From Marsupella aquatica (taxonomy: Eukaryota > Plantae > Marchantiophyta), in assembly GCA_973895155.1 (NCBI GenBank), contig OZ316899.1, forward strand, positions 3,971,241 to 4,035,240: a stretch of 64,000 nt of DNA, in the 5' to 3' direction. The position numbers and the translations under genes were made by a program. The first letter of the stretch is position 1. The number at the start of each line of letters is the position of its first letter. Under the pieces are notes generated by a model, which did no database searches, was not told the origin of the DNA, and saw only the letters and a program-made list of their open reading frames with translations. Shown here piece after piece: positions 11,151 through 24,267 of the stretch.

Positions 11151-12562
11151 GAGTGTGATGTTAGTTGCAATACTTCTTGTGAGTTTTGGGTGTTTGTTTG
11201 GATATGGTAGTTGTTGGCTCTAATATCTTGGAAACTTAAAAGGTTCCTTCTTGCTTTGGGGGCATATATGGCAGATGGGCATCTGATTATAGTGCCTCCC
11301 GGAAGAGTTAAGGTAGCTCTTCCGTGGCCTTCTTCTATTTGGCTTTCTCCGGTTATGGTGATGATTTGCCTTTGTGAGGGGATAATTTCGTGGAAATATT
11401 TTCTATCTCGGAGGATAGTGTGTGATGTTGCGCTGTCTATGATGCATACATCTATATCCTCTAGGTCCATTGGGGGGTCTACCATATGAATTTCTGGTAT
11501 AATCTCAGGTGATTCAAGGTAAACTCCATGGGTTTCATATTTTGATCCATCCAAACTTTGCTTGTAGAGTTTCACAAGATGGGCTGGGGCATGGCATACC
11601 TTTTGGGTGTGACCTTTTGTACCGCACCTGAAGCATGTGATTGAGCTGTTTGAGTTGTTTCTTGGCTTCTCTTGGTAGTTGTTGCGGCCTCGTTTCCATG
11701 TGTTCCTTCCTTGGGAGTTGTTTCTTCCACGGCCCCTTCCTCGGTTGCTGAATCTGCTGGATCCTCCTCTGTAGGAGTAGTTTGATCGTCCTCGCATCAT
11801 TCCTCTTCCCCTATATGAGCCTCTCCCCCTGAATTTACTTGTATGTCTATCATAAGGTGTGGTCATGTTAGCTTCTTTTTGTTTCTCGTTTATAATTAAG
11901 TTCGTCTCGGTGGTAGCAGGTATGGGGAGTGTACCCGGGGGTCTATCCTTTGCATTTGTCATGAGTAGGATTGAGTTTTGTTATGCCAAGAGCATGTGTG
12001 CTATTAATGCTGAGTATTTAGTGAATGCCATATTTCTATACTGGTTTGAGATTACTAAGTTTGTAGGGTGAAATGTTGCTAGTGTCTTTTCGATTTGTTG
12101 TTTATCATTCACTGGTTCACCGCACATTTGGAGTTTGTTCGAGATGCGGAACATCTCGCTGTTGTATAAGTCTACCGTTTTGAAATCTTGCACTCTTAAG
12201 GTTACCCATGCTTGTAGCGCGTTTGGTAAGTTTATAGTTGTTATGTGTTCAAATCTCTCTTTCAATGCATTCCATAGGAGCCTTGGGTTGTATATCGTCT
12301 TGTATTGTTGTTTTAATGGTTCTACTAAGTGGTGTCTTAGTAGGACTAATGCTTGTGCCTTCTGGTATTGATCCACCCCAATATCCGTATGTATGGTTTC
12401 TGGGATCCTCTTTGCCGTGAGGTTGACCTCCACGTCTATTGTCCAATCATTGTAGTTCTTCCCGTCAATTCTCAGTGCTGGGAATAACAGTTTCTCCATT
12501 GCCATCTTGGGGCTAATATGGGCTCGTGAGGTGTCGGGTGGGTATAAGTTTCTATTGTGCAC
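11151..12562 (-). pseudogene. Bianca-type Ty1/copia gag-protease (element A), interrupted by the gypsy insertion
   Basis: ORFs 11981-12562 and 11126-11962 are one frame split by a single TAA (11981-11983). Gag DGKNYNDW, CFRCGTKGHTQKVC knuckle and protease IIDSATSHTILRDRKYF resemble Bianca and are homologous to 34742-36270. Confidence 0.9.
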
Positions 12563-13085
12563 TTATTGTGGTTTGTAATCACTGGGAATGGAGTTTTGCA
12601 CTTAGCTGTTTTTGTGTATTAAACACTAAGACATATTCCATAAACAAAGAATCGGTACTGAATTCTCTATGAATCAAAGGTTACTATTTCTTATCAACAT
12701 CTACTCCTGAATTGACTAGCAATTGTCACCATATAACAAGTCTAGTAGTGAATTCCATGGAGTCTCAGAAGTTTGCAACTAAACTCAATCACCATAGGGA
12801 TCTCTTGAATTCATTTACAACTTTAAGCATATGCAGCTTTACTTCCATACAAAATATTCTACAATATTTTGTTAAAATGGAAGGAGGAGAATCCTACATC
12901 ACTCTCATTCCTGAGTTTCGGATTCCTCCTTGCTTACTCAGAGAATAACAAAGCTTAAGTACCTAAGGTAAGAGACACTAAAAGGTATGTCTTTTGGTAA
13001 TGAGAATCAAAAGATCACTCCTAAATAAGGGAAAAAAATACAATGAGTTCTCAAGCTAAACTAAACATTCAAAATTAAACTAAGA

Positions 13086-13362
13086 GACGCTGTTAAAATG
13101 TCGGTATTATGGTAAATTCTAATGGACGCTTCTGAGAGCGTCAAAGGAAGTCGGCCGCTTTGGGAATCGTCAGTATTAGGATGGACGCTTTTGGTAGTGT
13201 CGGGTGGAGATGGATGCTTCTGACAGCGTCGTTAGTCAAACGTACTCAGAAATAGTCGACACTGTTGAAGGCGTCAAGGGTGAATCACCGGGTCAGGGCG
13301 GACGCTTCTGAAAGCGTCGATAAAAAAATGGTCGGTGGTGGCAGACACTTCTGAAAAGCGTC
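13086..13362. repeat. Cluster of about 8 imperfect 18-bp palindromes GACGCT-N6-AGCGTC
   Basis: Copies near 13086, 13125, 13153, 13184, 13213, 13258, 13301 (GACGCTTCTGAAAGCGTC) and 13344. Confidence 0.75.
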
Positions 13363-13437
13363 CAGAATAGAACAAATACTTGAAAAATGCTCAAAATAAA
13401 CCGACTTCCAAGAAAAATGTAGAGGCCGCCATTCCAC

Positions 13438-14244
13438 AGTGACACTAAGGGAAACCGCCAAACGGAAACGGCGATATTTTCCCAATGGGAAGTCTGTTGG
13501 AGGACTTCTTGGGTGCTTTGGAAAGCTCTCAACAAGGGCTACGCCCTCCCAAGCTAAGCTAGGTCTAGGGGAACCATAGGTTCTCAGGGTTTGCGGGTGT
13601 TAACTCGCCCGCTTGCCAAATCCTGCCGAACAGCAGTCAAGCCGCGTTCAGTCTCCCAAGGGAGCTTACGTTGGGGAGGCAAGGCCAAGTAGGTGTGGAG
13701 GTTGAGTTCCAAGAGTGTTCGGCCCCTAGACCATCAATGAGGCAAATCGGGAGTTGGTTGCTAGAGTCGGGGCCATTATGGTCCAGGTGTGTTGGGACAA
13801 GCTTTAGGACAAGCTACGCTATTTGGGCCATGAGCATGTCCTGGGGTCAGGGCGGTCAGTTGGTGATGGATAGGTACAAGGGGGAACCCGGGCCGCACCC
13901 AAGGAAGGAGTTGTTCTAGACAAACAATGGGCGTGGGTTCTGGTTCCGGCTTAAGGCATCGGGAGGACCTATCGTTGAGCTTGAGTTAGGATGCTAGACT
14001 TGGCGAGTTCTAGATCCTGACGGGTTACTTACCAAGATGCTTGGTTGCTTGTGGAGACAGTGAGGACCGTTGAGTAACGGTCGTGTTGGAGAGCAAGTGC
14101 GGCTTCATATGGGAGGGGTCGCTGGCGGTGCAAGGGGCACTAGGGTGCTTGCTTGAGGTATTCCGTTGAGGCGTTCGGGCACTAGGGGCACTTAGGCGTG
14201 AGTGCTGGGATTGGTGAGGGCGCTGGGTGGCTAGGTTCACCACT
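13438..14244 (+). repeat. 5'-truncated LTR of the AGT...ACT chromovirus family
   Basis: Homologous to 41890-43067 and 50960-51790; ends GGTTCACCACT at 14244. Confidence 0.85.
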
Positions 14245-15879
14245 TGGTCCTTTATGTCTGAAGGACTTCACTCCTTCAAGGTGTGTCTGATTTTCTGAAC
14301 GTACTCCTTCCCTTCAAGGACTAAATTGTCCCTACGAATCCCTTCATATTTTTTATGAAGTGGTCCTCTTATGATCATCTCATTTAATAAGGGAAGAGTT
14401 TTTCAGAAGAGTTTTTTGTGTAGTATCGTGAAATTCTGTCAGTGGTGCCTGCAATTGCTTTTGAATCTACTTCAGTTTGTATTCACCCTTACCTTTTAGC
14501 CCAGTGTTTCCATAAGTTTTTCCATATAGTAAGTGGAAATAGTCCAATCCTGCAGTTTAGAGTAAATAGTGCTCTAGTTTGCAATAATTTTGGATCTTAC
14601 TTGCAGAGGATCTTACCTAATTTTGGATTTTTCTTGTAGGGTACAGTTTCCAAGGGTGTAGGCAATTCAAGCATGGGACATTCTGGAATACATAGAAGGC
14701 TATTATGAGTTTGATTCATGACATGTACATAAGAGTACACAAGCATTCCTTGCTCAGGATTGCTATTGAATTATTATTGTTTAGAATCATTTTATTGTTC
14801 ATAGGTTTTACTCTGAGGGTAAAGTCCACGGTGGCTGTTGTATATACATATGAAGTCAGGAAGTAAAGAGTTGTAAAGCAATGAGTGATATTTTGGATTG
14901 AAACTCAATCTTGCACACAATTGTGGACTATGTTGTGTACCAATTCTCTCCAAAAGATGAAAACTACATTCCAATCAGAATTTGTCACAACCCTCTAAAT
15001 TAGACAGAGCACCATCATTATCCGCCAAGCCTGTAGCATAGCCCTGTATTTAAACTTAATTTCCCCATGTGGCCTTGCACTCCACAAAGCAAACTTTAAT
15101 CTCTAAATGCCAAAGTATTCATTGCCATTTTCTCATTTCCAATGAACAATAATTAAGGACAGCAGCACCAGCAACTTGCACATCCATTTTATATTCATAG
15201 TAGACATAACTTGATATATTCTAGATGGCAGAATGTTTGTTCAAAGTTGTAGCCTTAGTTAAAATTATCCACCAGATCAATTTCCAGTGACTCAAACTTA
15301 GTTACTCGATCTAGTTTAATTGACTTAAACTTTTGGATCAAGTCATCCATGGCAATTACTACATGAGTTCATGATTCCAAGTCTGGTAAGGACACTTTTG
15401 GCTCCGTGCAAGAAGAGGCACGGTCTACCATCTCCATTTTGCTGCAATCAAGAATCAGTTCAGGGTTGTCAAAATATTTTTGACCCCCTCCCTCCCAATC
15501 CAATGAAGTCGCCTTCCAACTGTCCACTAAGTCATGCTATGTTGGGAACTATGCCGAGTCCTTGAAATTCCATGATCTGCTCTCATAGAGTTTCAATTGC
15601 TAGCAAACAAACTACCAACACAGAAAATAACAATCGAGAAAGGTCCTTTAGACTTCCTTGACAAGGACCATAAAAGGACAGAAACAAATGTGCCACAAAA
15701 CCGCCAACTTTATTCAAAAGCTGAAGATCTTCATAGATCTTGTACAAAGTCAACATTGAGATCAAACTCAAGTACTACAAGCGCGCGTGTAGTTTCCCAA
15801 AACTACAAAATAGCACCGTATCGTGCATCCCTTTGAATTAGCTTTTTGCCTCCCCGCTTTGACTGATGAATGCTAACTC

Positions 15880-17100
15880 CTAGTTAGAGATGCAAAATGA
15901 CTTTAAAGTGTCCACTATGTCAGCTGAAAATTCCTCATACAGTTTCATCCACTTTGGCCTGGGCTTTGACTCCTTTGTCACACCATCTGATTCAGACGGA
16001 TGCTGTTTAAATCCTACAGCCTGAACCACATCCCCACAAAACTCATCCTTGACATAGGAGATAGTCTGCAGCAAAGTCATTGCCCGTTCACAGATTTTGC
16101 TTTTCTTTTACTTGTCACTACTGCAAGACTCCTTGAAGGATTGCCCTGAAACCCCCATCAACTTCAACCCTTGAGCTTCATTTACTTGGATGACAAGATC
16201 ACCCACTTGGATAGCAAAATAGTACATGTATGTACCACTCCCGTCTTCACAACAAGCATGCTTCACTCAGCCCCTAGAGTGAGGACCCAGTGGAGACTCA
16301 AGATTATGCCTCCTTAGTCTGCGTTTGTGCTTCCCCTATGCACAAGGTCGGCCATCTTTCAACAACAAACCACAGCCTTCATAAACATAAGATCCCGCAC
16401 ATAGGCCCACATTTTCTCAATCTTTGCCTTGTTGAGAGTGAAAAATGACCCTTGCTTGTCCATCTGCAACTGTATCAAACAAAAGGGTCTTAGAATATGT
16501 AGTGAGATCAAACCCGAGATCAGATAAACCCATGCTATAGCTAGCTATTTATCCCTACAGAATGTCAAAAAAACTGCAGAAGGCATGCAAGCAGAGAAAT
16601 TAATGACCAGTTGTTGCCTCCTTGGTGAAGGACCAGGCTTGAGGAGATGAGTCCTGGTCCTTGAGCTCAAGTCCTTGAAGGACAGGAAGTAGTTGGACAA
16701 GGAGTTGGAGGAGGGAAGTCCTTGGAGAAGGACCAGAAGTCCTTCCTAAAGGAAATGACAAAGGAGTGGATTCCTTGGTTAAGGACATCATGTCCTTGGA
16801 AAAGGACAGAGTGTCCTTGGAAGAGGACCAAGTGTCCTTAGCAAAGCACCTCATGTCCTTGGCGAAGAACCTCATGTCCTTGGGAAGGAGAACTAGTCCT
16901 TGGAGAGGAGATTTCCGTAGTCCTTGGAGAAGGACGTGAATCCTTGGAGACTTGTGTTCACCAGTGGGAGTCATTGCAATGATTGCTTGCCTGGACAAGG
17001 ACAATGTTGACTTGGTGAAAGACTTAGACTACATGTTGATCCAACGAGTGCAAGTTCTTATCGAAGAATTTGTCAGTCCTTGGCCAAGAACTTCCCCTAT
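15880..17100 (-). pseudogene. Decayed coding sequence of unknown function with a ~21-bp tandem repeat (Ser/Pro/Arg-rich heptad)
   Basis: GTCCTTGG(A/C)NAAGGAC-like units at ~16690-16950; minus-strand reading resembles (PSPRTRG)n broken by TGA codons and frameshifts; neighbouring ORF fragment 15880-16080. Confidence 0.35.
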
Positions 17101-20018
17101 TATGACTAATGTTCAGCCAGCAAGAAGTACCAATTGATCGATAAGAAATGGAAGATCAGATTTACCTTCCAACTTAATCCTCCATTTGATCAGAAAAGGG
17201 TATTACGCCGGCCTCTACTTGACTGCACCAAGAAACAACAGATACAAAAAATCTGATTCAATACCAAAGTCTACAAATTACACTGACAAACAAATTTGGC
17301 CATGCAACAAATGCATCATGGATATATAAAATTAAGTTTTCTCACTGTCAATCAAAGTGGACCATTGCCAAATTGTTAGTCCACATTCAAGAAGGAAGCC
17401 GCAATCTCTTTTTGGAACTGGCTGGTGGTGCAGAGGATTTAGGAGGGCCTTTCAAATCGAGCATTTTGTGGTATAACTGGATGTCCAGGGCCAACTCCAC
17501 CTAGCTCTAACATCTGCCTGAAGGAAACCTGAGACATGGACTTTGGGCTAAACAGCATTGTGAGTAGCTCTGGAGTTGTCAAAGGTCTACTTAGCACCTT
17601 CCTAGTTGACTCCAAAGCCCTCATTCCTTTCCCCAATTCCCGACCCTCAGTTTTGGGTGTCAAAAGCCTACCTGTAGACTCGCCATCTTGGTTATCATCT
17701 TTCTTGGACTTGTTTCCCAGATTTTGTGACATGGGACCCGTCTTCAAAGCAAGTAGCAACGTTTCACCTTCAGCTTGGAGGTTTGCCTGAATGCACCCAT
17801 GTAACAATATCAAGAGTCAATGCACTATTGGAAGAGTTTAAAATTGGAACAACCGCTTGGACTATCCAATTAAGCGCAGGCAACAACAAAGGAATTGATA
17901 GTGCATCACTTGTCTCATTTTCCATACCTGTTCATGCACAATTTGGATCTGCTGTACAAGTTGTCTCCTATTGAAAAGATCAATGCTTGGCGGCCCATAG
18001 TACACTCTTTTCATGTGATCTATGTAACTTACTTGCCTCTGTTCTCCGTGCGTGGGTAAGCCCCATGTTTGTAACCAATCATCAGAAAATGGTAGCCCAC
18101 AAGCTTCACACTTAGGAGGGGGTATTTACAAACGACAGGAACCAGGAAATAGTAACAGCAAACAGTTACTGTTACCAGGAGAAATGGAAAAAAGAACATG
18201 GGATTGAGCTCCATTATTTGGTCAAGAAGTTAAAAAAAACCCATCAATAAACCCCATTTTCAGTCGTTTTCAATACCACCATCCAATTGTCAAGGAAAGT
18301 AGGGGCCATTAGAATAAAGGTGTTGCCGAAAACCGGTGATGGCCAGCGCACAACGGTAGTATGTCGGCAGGGAAGGGCAAAATTTAGGTATTCATAAAAT
18401 AACGAAAAAGATGGAGATTCTACGTAACGTCAATCGAGAAGAGAACAGTAAACTTAACGACCAATAGAAAAAGGCGTTGCCAAAACATGCGGATATTAGC
18501 AGCGCCCAGCGCTAGTATGCTGGAAGAGATTGTCCGTCACATCAATCGAGAAGTGAACACAGGAAACTCAATTTGAAGCATTTCCAACAAACAAAGGCAA
18601 TGGCAGACGTTGAATATTTTCAGCGATGGCCGCTACATTAAATGTCGGACCTCAAGAAATCAACGTCTAAACACGGAACACAATGACCATAGGCAGCGCT
18701 CGGCGCTAGCTCAAATCTAGGAATCAATGAATGACCATGAAAGAACAAGAGAGCCGATCCAAAAGTGCATTCCTTAATTCCAAAATTGGTCAAAACATAT
18801 AACCGGTATTACACCATCCGCAGATCATCTTCAAATCAACCCACGGCAAAACATGAACATAAGCAGCGCTCGGCGCTAGCTAAAATCTAGCTATCTTAAA
18901 TGTAGCCCGCCCTGGCCCGTATGTGCTTTATCTCGACCTGAGCCGCACATAACAGGGCCGCTGATCCAAAATGGGCCAAAGATGGAGCCGGAAATACATG
19001 AACTTAGAATCACCTATAGAAGAAATCCCACGGTCCAAGACGAACAAAAGCAGCGCTCGGCGCTAGCTTAAATGGAAAGCCTATGGCCACTGAAGCTTGT
19101 GTCACTGAAACCATCTCCGTCGTGATTAACTTTAGCTCTGCGACTGGCAGTCGTCGTCGATGCCCGCCCTGGCACGTCTGTGGTTTTGCTTGAAACCTAG
19201 ACCCCTGAGACGCACATAAGAAGACGAGGGGCGCCGAAACTCCGAACTCTGATTCCCGGGGTCTGGAACATTTGTATCTAGGAAGTCAACACGTCCCAGT
19301 TGCTCTTGTACTCATAGCTCAATAGGCTGAATACCATCAGCAGGAACGAGAGAATGAAACAAAAAACGATCAACAACTCCGAGCGGAGTGTCCCGGTCAT
19401 TAATCCAAGGTAAGTTCCTCTCCCCGGGACTAATCGCCTCATCATAAGGAAGAGAAAAACAATTCCGGAAGGTCGAGGTCTCGCTGGATGTGTCACCATG
19501 AATGGACTCGAAGGAGCTAAAGTGACTCTCGTCCGGTCAAACTCTGGAAGGAGCAAAGAAGTCAAGCATCTCCTCCAAAGACATGATCTCCTTCTTCTCC
19601 ATCTGGTGGGCACTGGTAAACGCAATCGAAGCTAATGACAAGACCGGTGGTGTTGAAAAGACTCGACTTCGAGAGAGGTTGTGTTCGAAATACCTTGCAA
19701 CAGCGACCCAATGGAGAGTTTAGGTTCGGAGATCCGAAAAAACGTATCACAGAAAGGTTCAACGCAAAAAGGACCGTTGAGAAAGAGACGACTGTTCCGA
19801 GAGCGACAAAATATGTGGGGCCAAGGAACGGACGGAGGATTCAAAATTCGCAAGTAGAAAAATAGACGTTTGGGGAGCGCCCGGCGCTAGTAAGGGAAAT
19901 AATGAATTTAATCCATTTTATTATCAATGTAATGTAAACAAATCATATGTAATATGATAAATAAATGGATTAAGATAACAGCGCCCGGCGCTGGTAAAAT
20001 GTAAGCCAAAAAAACTCT

Positions 20019-23000
20019 TTAAGAATCGGACAATTCCGATTCAGAGCTCTGTGACCTCTCGGTAGAGACCGCCTCATCATCTACATACTTGCTCCTACAA
20101 ACGTCGTCTACATAAGGATTTCGGACAAATTTCCTATCAACTCCTCTTCGTAGCCGGAGACCTTTGTTTTCCCAACAAAGAGTCCTCTAATTGTCTTCCA
20201 TTCTTGCAGCATTCTCAGCGTAAGAGGGTAACACAAATGGTTTCTCCGGAGTGACAATTTCAAAACGAGCTACCTTTCTTATGAGTTTGAAGCGTCTTCT
20301 CGTATTCCATTCGGACCTGGGTGAGAACAGAAGTTCGTCAACCGATTGTATGAATGGATATCACAAAGCCATGAAGGAACTGGAAAGGAGAAAGAAGCTT
20401 ACGAGTTTCAGAACATTACTCGGAAGAGTCATCGCTGTCACTCTGGCCAGCGGATTGTTCCTGACCCTTCCCCTCAGGTGTGCCATCTTCATCTTCGTCT
20501 GCTGTACCACCACTTGACTCATCGTCAGAGTCAAAATTGAGTACAGAACGGAGCTTGTCCCTCTTTTTCTTTTCGGGTGGCTGAATTGGGGGTGGCAAAG
20601 TTTCGACTTCCTTTGGAGAAAGTAGATCTAAGAACACCTTGGAACCAGTCTCAACGAAATCTTTCCTATTCTCCACTCCAATTACAAACCTCCCAGAATA
20701 GTCTCCAGCTACAAAAGAGTTGCCCGACCCCACTGTCCAATCCATGAAAATATCCCTCGGACGAGTGATGAGCTCAATCACAGATTGCATGAATCCAACA
20801 GACAATCGGGCATTTCCAGCAAATTCCATCTCAGGTGTTGGATCGACTTTGAGAGAGGGAAGTCCAATTAAATTTGTTATTGAGGGATCTTCGGTGGCAG
20901 ACAGAGGTCTAAACCTCGAGTCTTTTGGCACCTTCCCTTTTTCAGACAGTCGAGAGAAGACGTCCAGCCTCAGCGTGAAGATCTGTAATATAACCCAAGC
21001 AAGGTATGTCAATGGATGCATTTGTAGACAATTTTTTAACGGAAAACCAGATGTCACGATGAGAAATTTACCTGTCAATCAGTCTTCGGCGCGTACATTG
21101 GAACTGACAAGACAACATTGTGTGACGAGATGCAATGAAACTTCTTTGAATCTTGACAAGCCGATATAACCTGAGACATCGGATCGTATTCCCCGTTATG
21201 TAAAATGGCCAGCATTCCGTCATCAGATAAAAATGGGTCCATTCCACGAAAGAAAGATGTGGTCAAAGTGTGGTCAGGGACATTCCATTTAGGAACTTTT
21301 CTGTCTAGCAGAGATGGTTTAAGTCCTGTTGGAAGGTAAATGAAACCCGCGTGGACCCCAAAGGATCTCTCCTTTCCACCACGCACAACGCCCTTCTCTC
21401 GAAAGCCAGACTTCATGAGATCCTTTCCCCACTTCTCTACACCATTCACCCAGTCAGGCTTCTCCCCTTTGTTAAACGTTGAGTCGTAGAATTCTGAGAT
21501 GCTAGATTCAACAAGGCAATGCCTTGAAAGTCTACTCTTGAAGTCCCCGACTTCGCGTTGAAGACCTACAGCAGCAGCACTTTCTCGAGAAGAAGATCCA
21601 CCTTCAATGGTCCTTTTTCTCTTCTTCCTTGTACTGGTAGCATCCACTGGAGCGATCACCTTCCCTTTGTCGGTGGGAGTAATTGGATCGGATGGTGCTC
21701 CGGTATTGGCTTCTGAAGCCTCTGGGGTGGCATCTATCTTTGTATCTCCGCTCCCCACGGCGTCCGACTTTCTTCCTGTTCAAATGGATGTCGACGTGAT
21801 ATCCGTCAATAAAGAGACAACGACAATGCTAACGCCCAGCGTTGGCCAAACTATCATAAGACTTGGCCTTAAATATACATCTTTCCGAGTAATAAATACC
21901 AATTCTGTTTCTAAAACAATGACTCTCATAACAGCGCCAGGCGCTAACAATGTAACAGATTTGGACATAAGCAGCGCCGGGCGCTAACCAAATGATATTG
22001 ACAGATATTGACTGCCATAGCAGCGCCGGGCGCTAACCAAAGGAAACAAATTATACTTACGTTTTTTCCCAGATCTTGTTGATTCACTTGGGGCCGTAGT
22101 ATCTGCTTTTGCTTTGGCGCGAGGCTTCCTGCTTCGGTCAACATGAACAATTGTTGTCTCGCATATTGTTTGCAATTCTGTTGTGGATTGATCCACATCA
22201 TCCAAAAGCCCCTGCTTCATGTCAGAAACAACGTTGACTGGAATCTGGGACTTAGACAGCTTATGGAAAGCATCCTTTTCTCTGTGATCAAAGGGAGAGT
22301 CCCATCTATCTGTATCCAGGTACCATGGACAATGGGTTCTCTCCCATTCACTCAAAGGTCTTGCTGGGAAAATTCCCTCGGTAGGATACATAGAATACAA
22401 TTCAACTAAAGAATTACTCTCCGGTATGACAGTCCACTTGAGGAAGGCTGCGGGATACGCCCAGAAGTAATCAGGATTGGTAGCCTCCATGTGGATGTAA
22501 AAATGGTAGAGATACCGTTTTGCTCGCTTCTGGTTCTTCAAAGAATAATCCTCTTTGTTAGGATACTTCGAGGGCCACATTGTATTAAAAAACTTACCCT
22601 TGACAGAGTCACCGTATTTCCTAAAATCATTCGTAACTATTTCAATGAGAGATTCGAATGATTCACATGCCCAATCTTGTAAGCGATTCACGGGAATGGT
22701 TTGTTGGACCTCTCGTAGAGCACATTGCAACATCCCCACCGCAATCCCTTCTACATTATTCCATGTAATCCAAGTGTGACACCACTGTTTGACTGGATCA
22801 TCATTGACGCTATTCGGATGGAAGAATTGTCTCCGGAGCTCCGGATTGCAATGTGCTACAAGCAAAGTACTTCGTAGCTTGGCGTCAAGAGCCAAAACAG
22901 CTGTAAAAAGCCTGGCCCGGTCCATGGTACACAACACGGTATCTGGTTTCTTCTCTCGCTTATTCCTCTCCGTGACAGCATACATCTCTGCGCACGTAGA

Positions 23001-24267
23001 TAGAAAGTCCTCAAACTTTGGACTCAACAAAGGAGTGATTTTCGAGGTCTTAACTGCCCATTCCTTGGTTGCTTCCTTCATCATAACGGCATGCCTTCTG
23101 GAAACCTCCTCGACCGACCAAGGGGTACCGAGGGTCGCAGCGGACTCCATGTCAATCTTGAACTGATTCGAATACGACTTAATCTTATCCTGACATAGAA
23201 TGTACAAAAGAGCCTCCTGAGGCATCATCTTTGTGTACCAGGATCCTTTTCGCGTCTTCACCCTGATCTACTCAAACTTCTTGTAATTTGCAGGGTCGAT
23301 GAGCTTACTATAGTACTCCAGGTCGTGCATCAAGACCCGCTTAATTCGATCGGCATCTAGGATCCAGGAGGGTTCCACAACTGCTTGTCCTAGCCTGAAA
23401 TAAAAGAACGAAATGAGAACATATAAGCAGCGTCGGGCGCTAGCAAAAAATTGCCTCGAAAAGTTATGCTAGAAAGAATGAACAATTCATAATGACTCAC
23501 GAAGTTTTGCACAAAAGGGTATCTTACTGGTTAACGGTGTGCATAGCCGCTTCGATTTCTATCAGAGAACCCTTGTCGCCATTAAAAACAGTACAAAGCA
23601 CACGCGGGTGGTACTTTGGGTTTTCGGGACTCTCTTGAGTGACAAGAGTCCACGAGTAAAGCCTATGGTTCCCGTCAAAAACTGAGAACATTCTGTCTTT
23701 CAAAACTAGAAAATTTGGGTCGGCAGCACATTCTTCCTCGAATTTCTCGTTCTCAGATGTCCATATTGGATCCCAACTCTCACGAATTTCTTGAGTACAG
23801 GTGAGAAGCGCTCCCTCAGCATCGGTAGGTTGAACGTAAAACCTCATTCCAATCGAAGAATTGTATCCCATGCTACGGAAAGAGTCTTTTAGCTTGTCGA
23901 TGGAAGAACTGTCTTTCTGTAGAGTTTGGACAACCTCCATATGCACCAATTGACATAGTGGAATTCGTGGAGGCTCTTTGTCAAACCCTCTGAAATCCTT
24001 CCCAAACGACATGACATGTTTTGAAATAAGATCCGTCTCGGAAAACGAAACATCTTGAATCGCAAATGTGTCAAGATTCTCCATCTTCTTTCTCGCTGGT
24101 TTGGCAAACGAAATACTTGAGATTGGAACAAGCGATGCGGTGGACCTCGTTACTCGACGCGTATACACTAAACCAGAGAATGAAGACTCAGAAGACTCGC
24201 AATACCCACGATCCTGATCCCCAACCACACTATACCCCCTCGACGAGGAGGGGATTGCATCCATCAT
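20019..24267 (-). pseudogene. Five-exon ~1212-aa gene: N-terminal ParB/Srx-like domain, helical middle region, beta-class N4/N6 DNA-methyltransferase-like domain, acidic tail; three nonsense codons
   Basis: Exons 24267-23528, 23394-22061, 21775-21072, 20982-20420, 20316-20019; all GT-AG introns with compatible phases. VFDGNHRL at ~23660-23680. FIYLPTG (motif IV position, ~21324-21344), FLSDDGMLAILH, then DIFMDWTVGSGNS...GRFVIGVE (motifs I-II, ~20722). Stops: TAG 23268-23270, TGA 21075-21077, TAG 20187-20189. Confidence 0.78.

Noticed and set aside
14250-15800. Possible coding remnants (e.g. 14792-14974)
   Set aside because: Too many stops in all frames and no diagnostic motif; left unannotated.
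19635-19865. Plus-strand 76-aa ORF as a gene
   Set aside because: No recognisable motif, an upstream in-frame stop, and it overlaps the more plausible minus-strand frame.
20019-24267. Bacterial contamination or prophage explaining ParB and MTase
   Set aside because: Four phase-consistent GT-AG introns, linkage to a eukaryotic MULE transposase, and continuous plant TE context.
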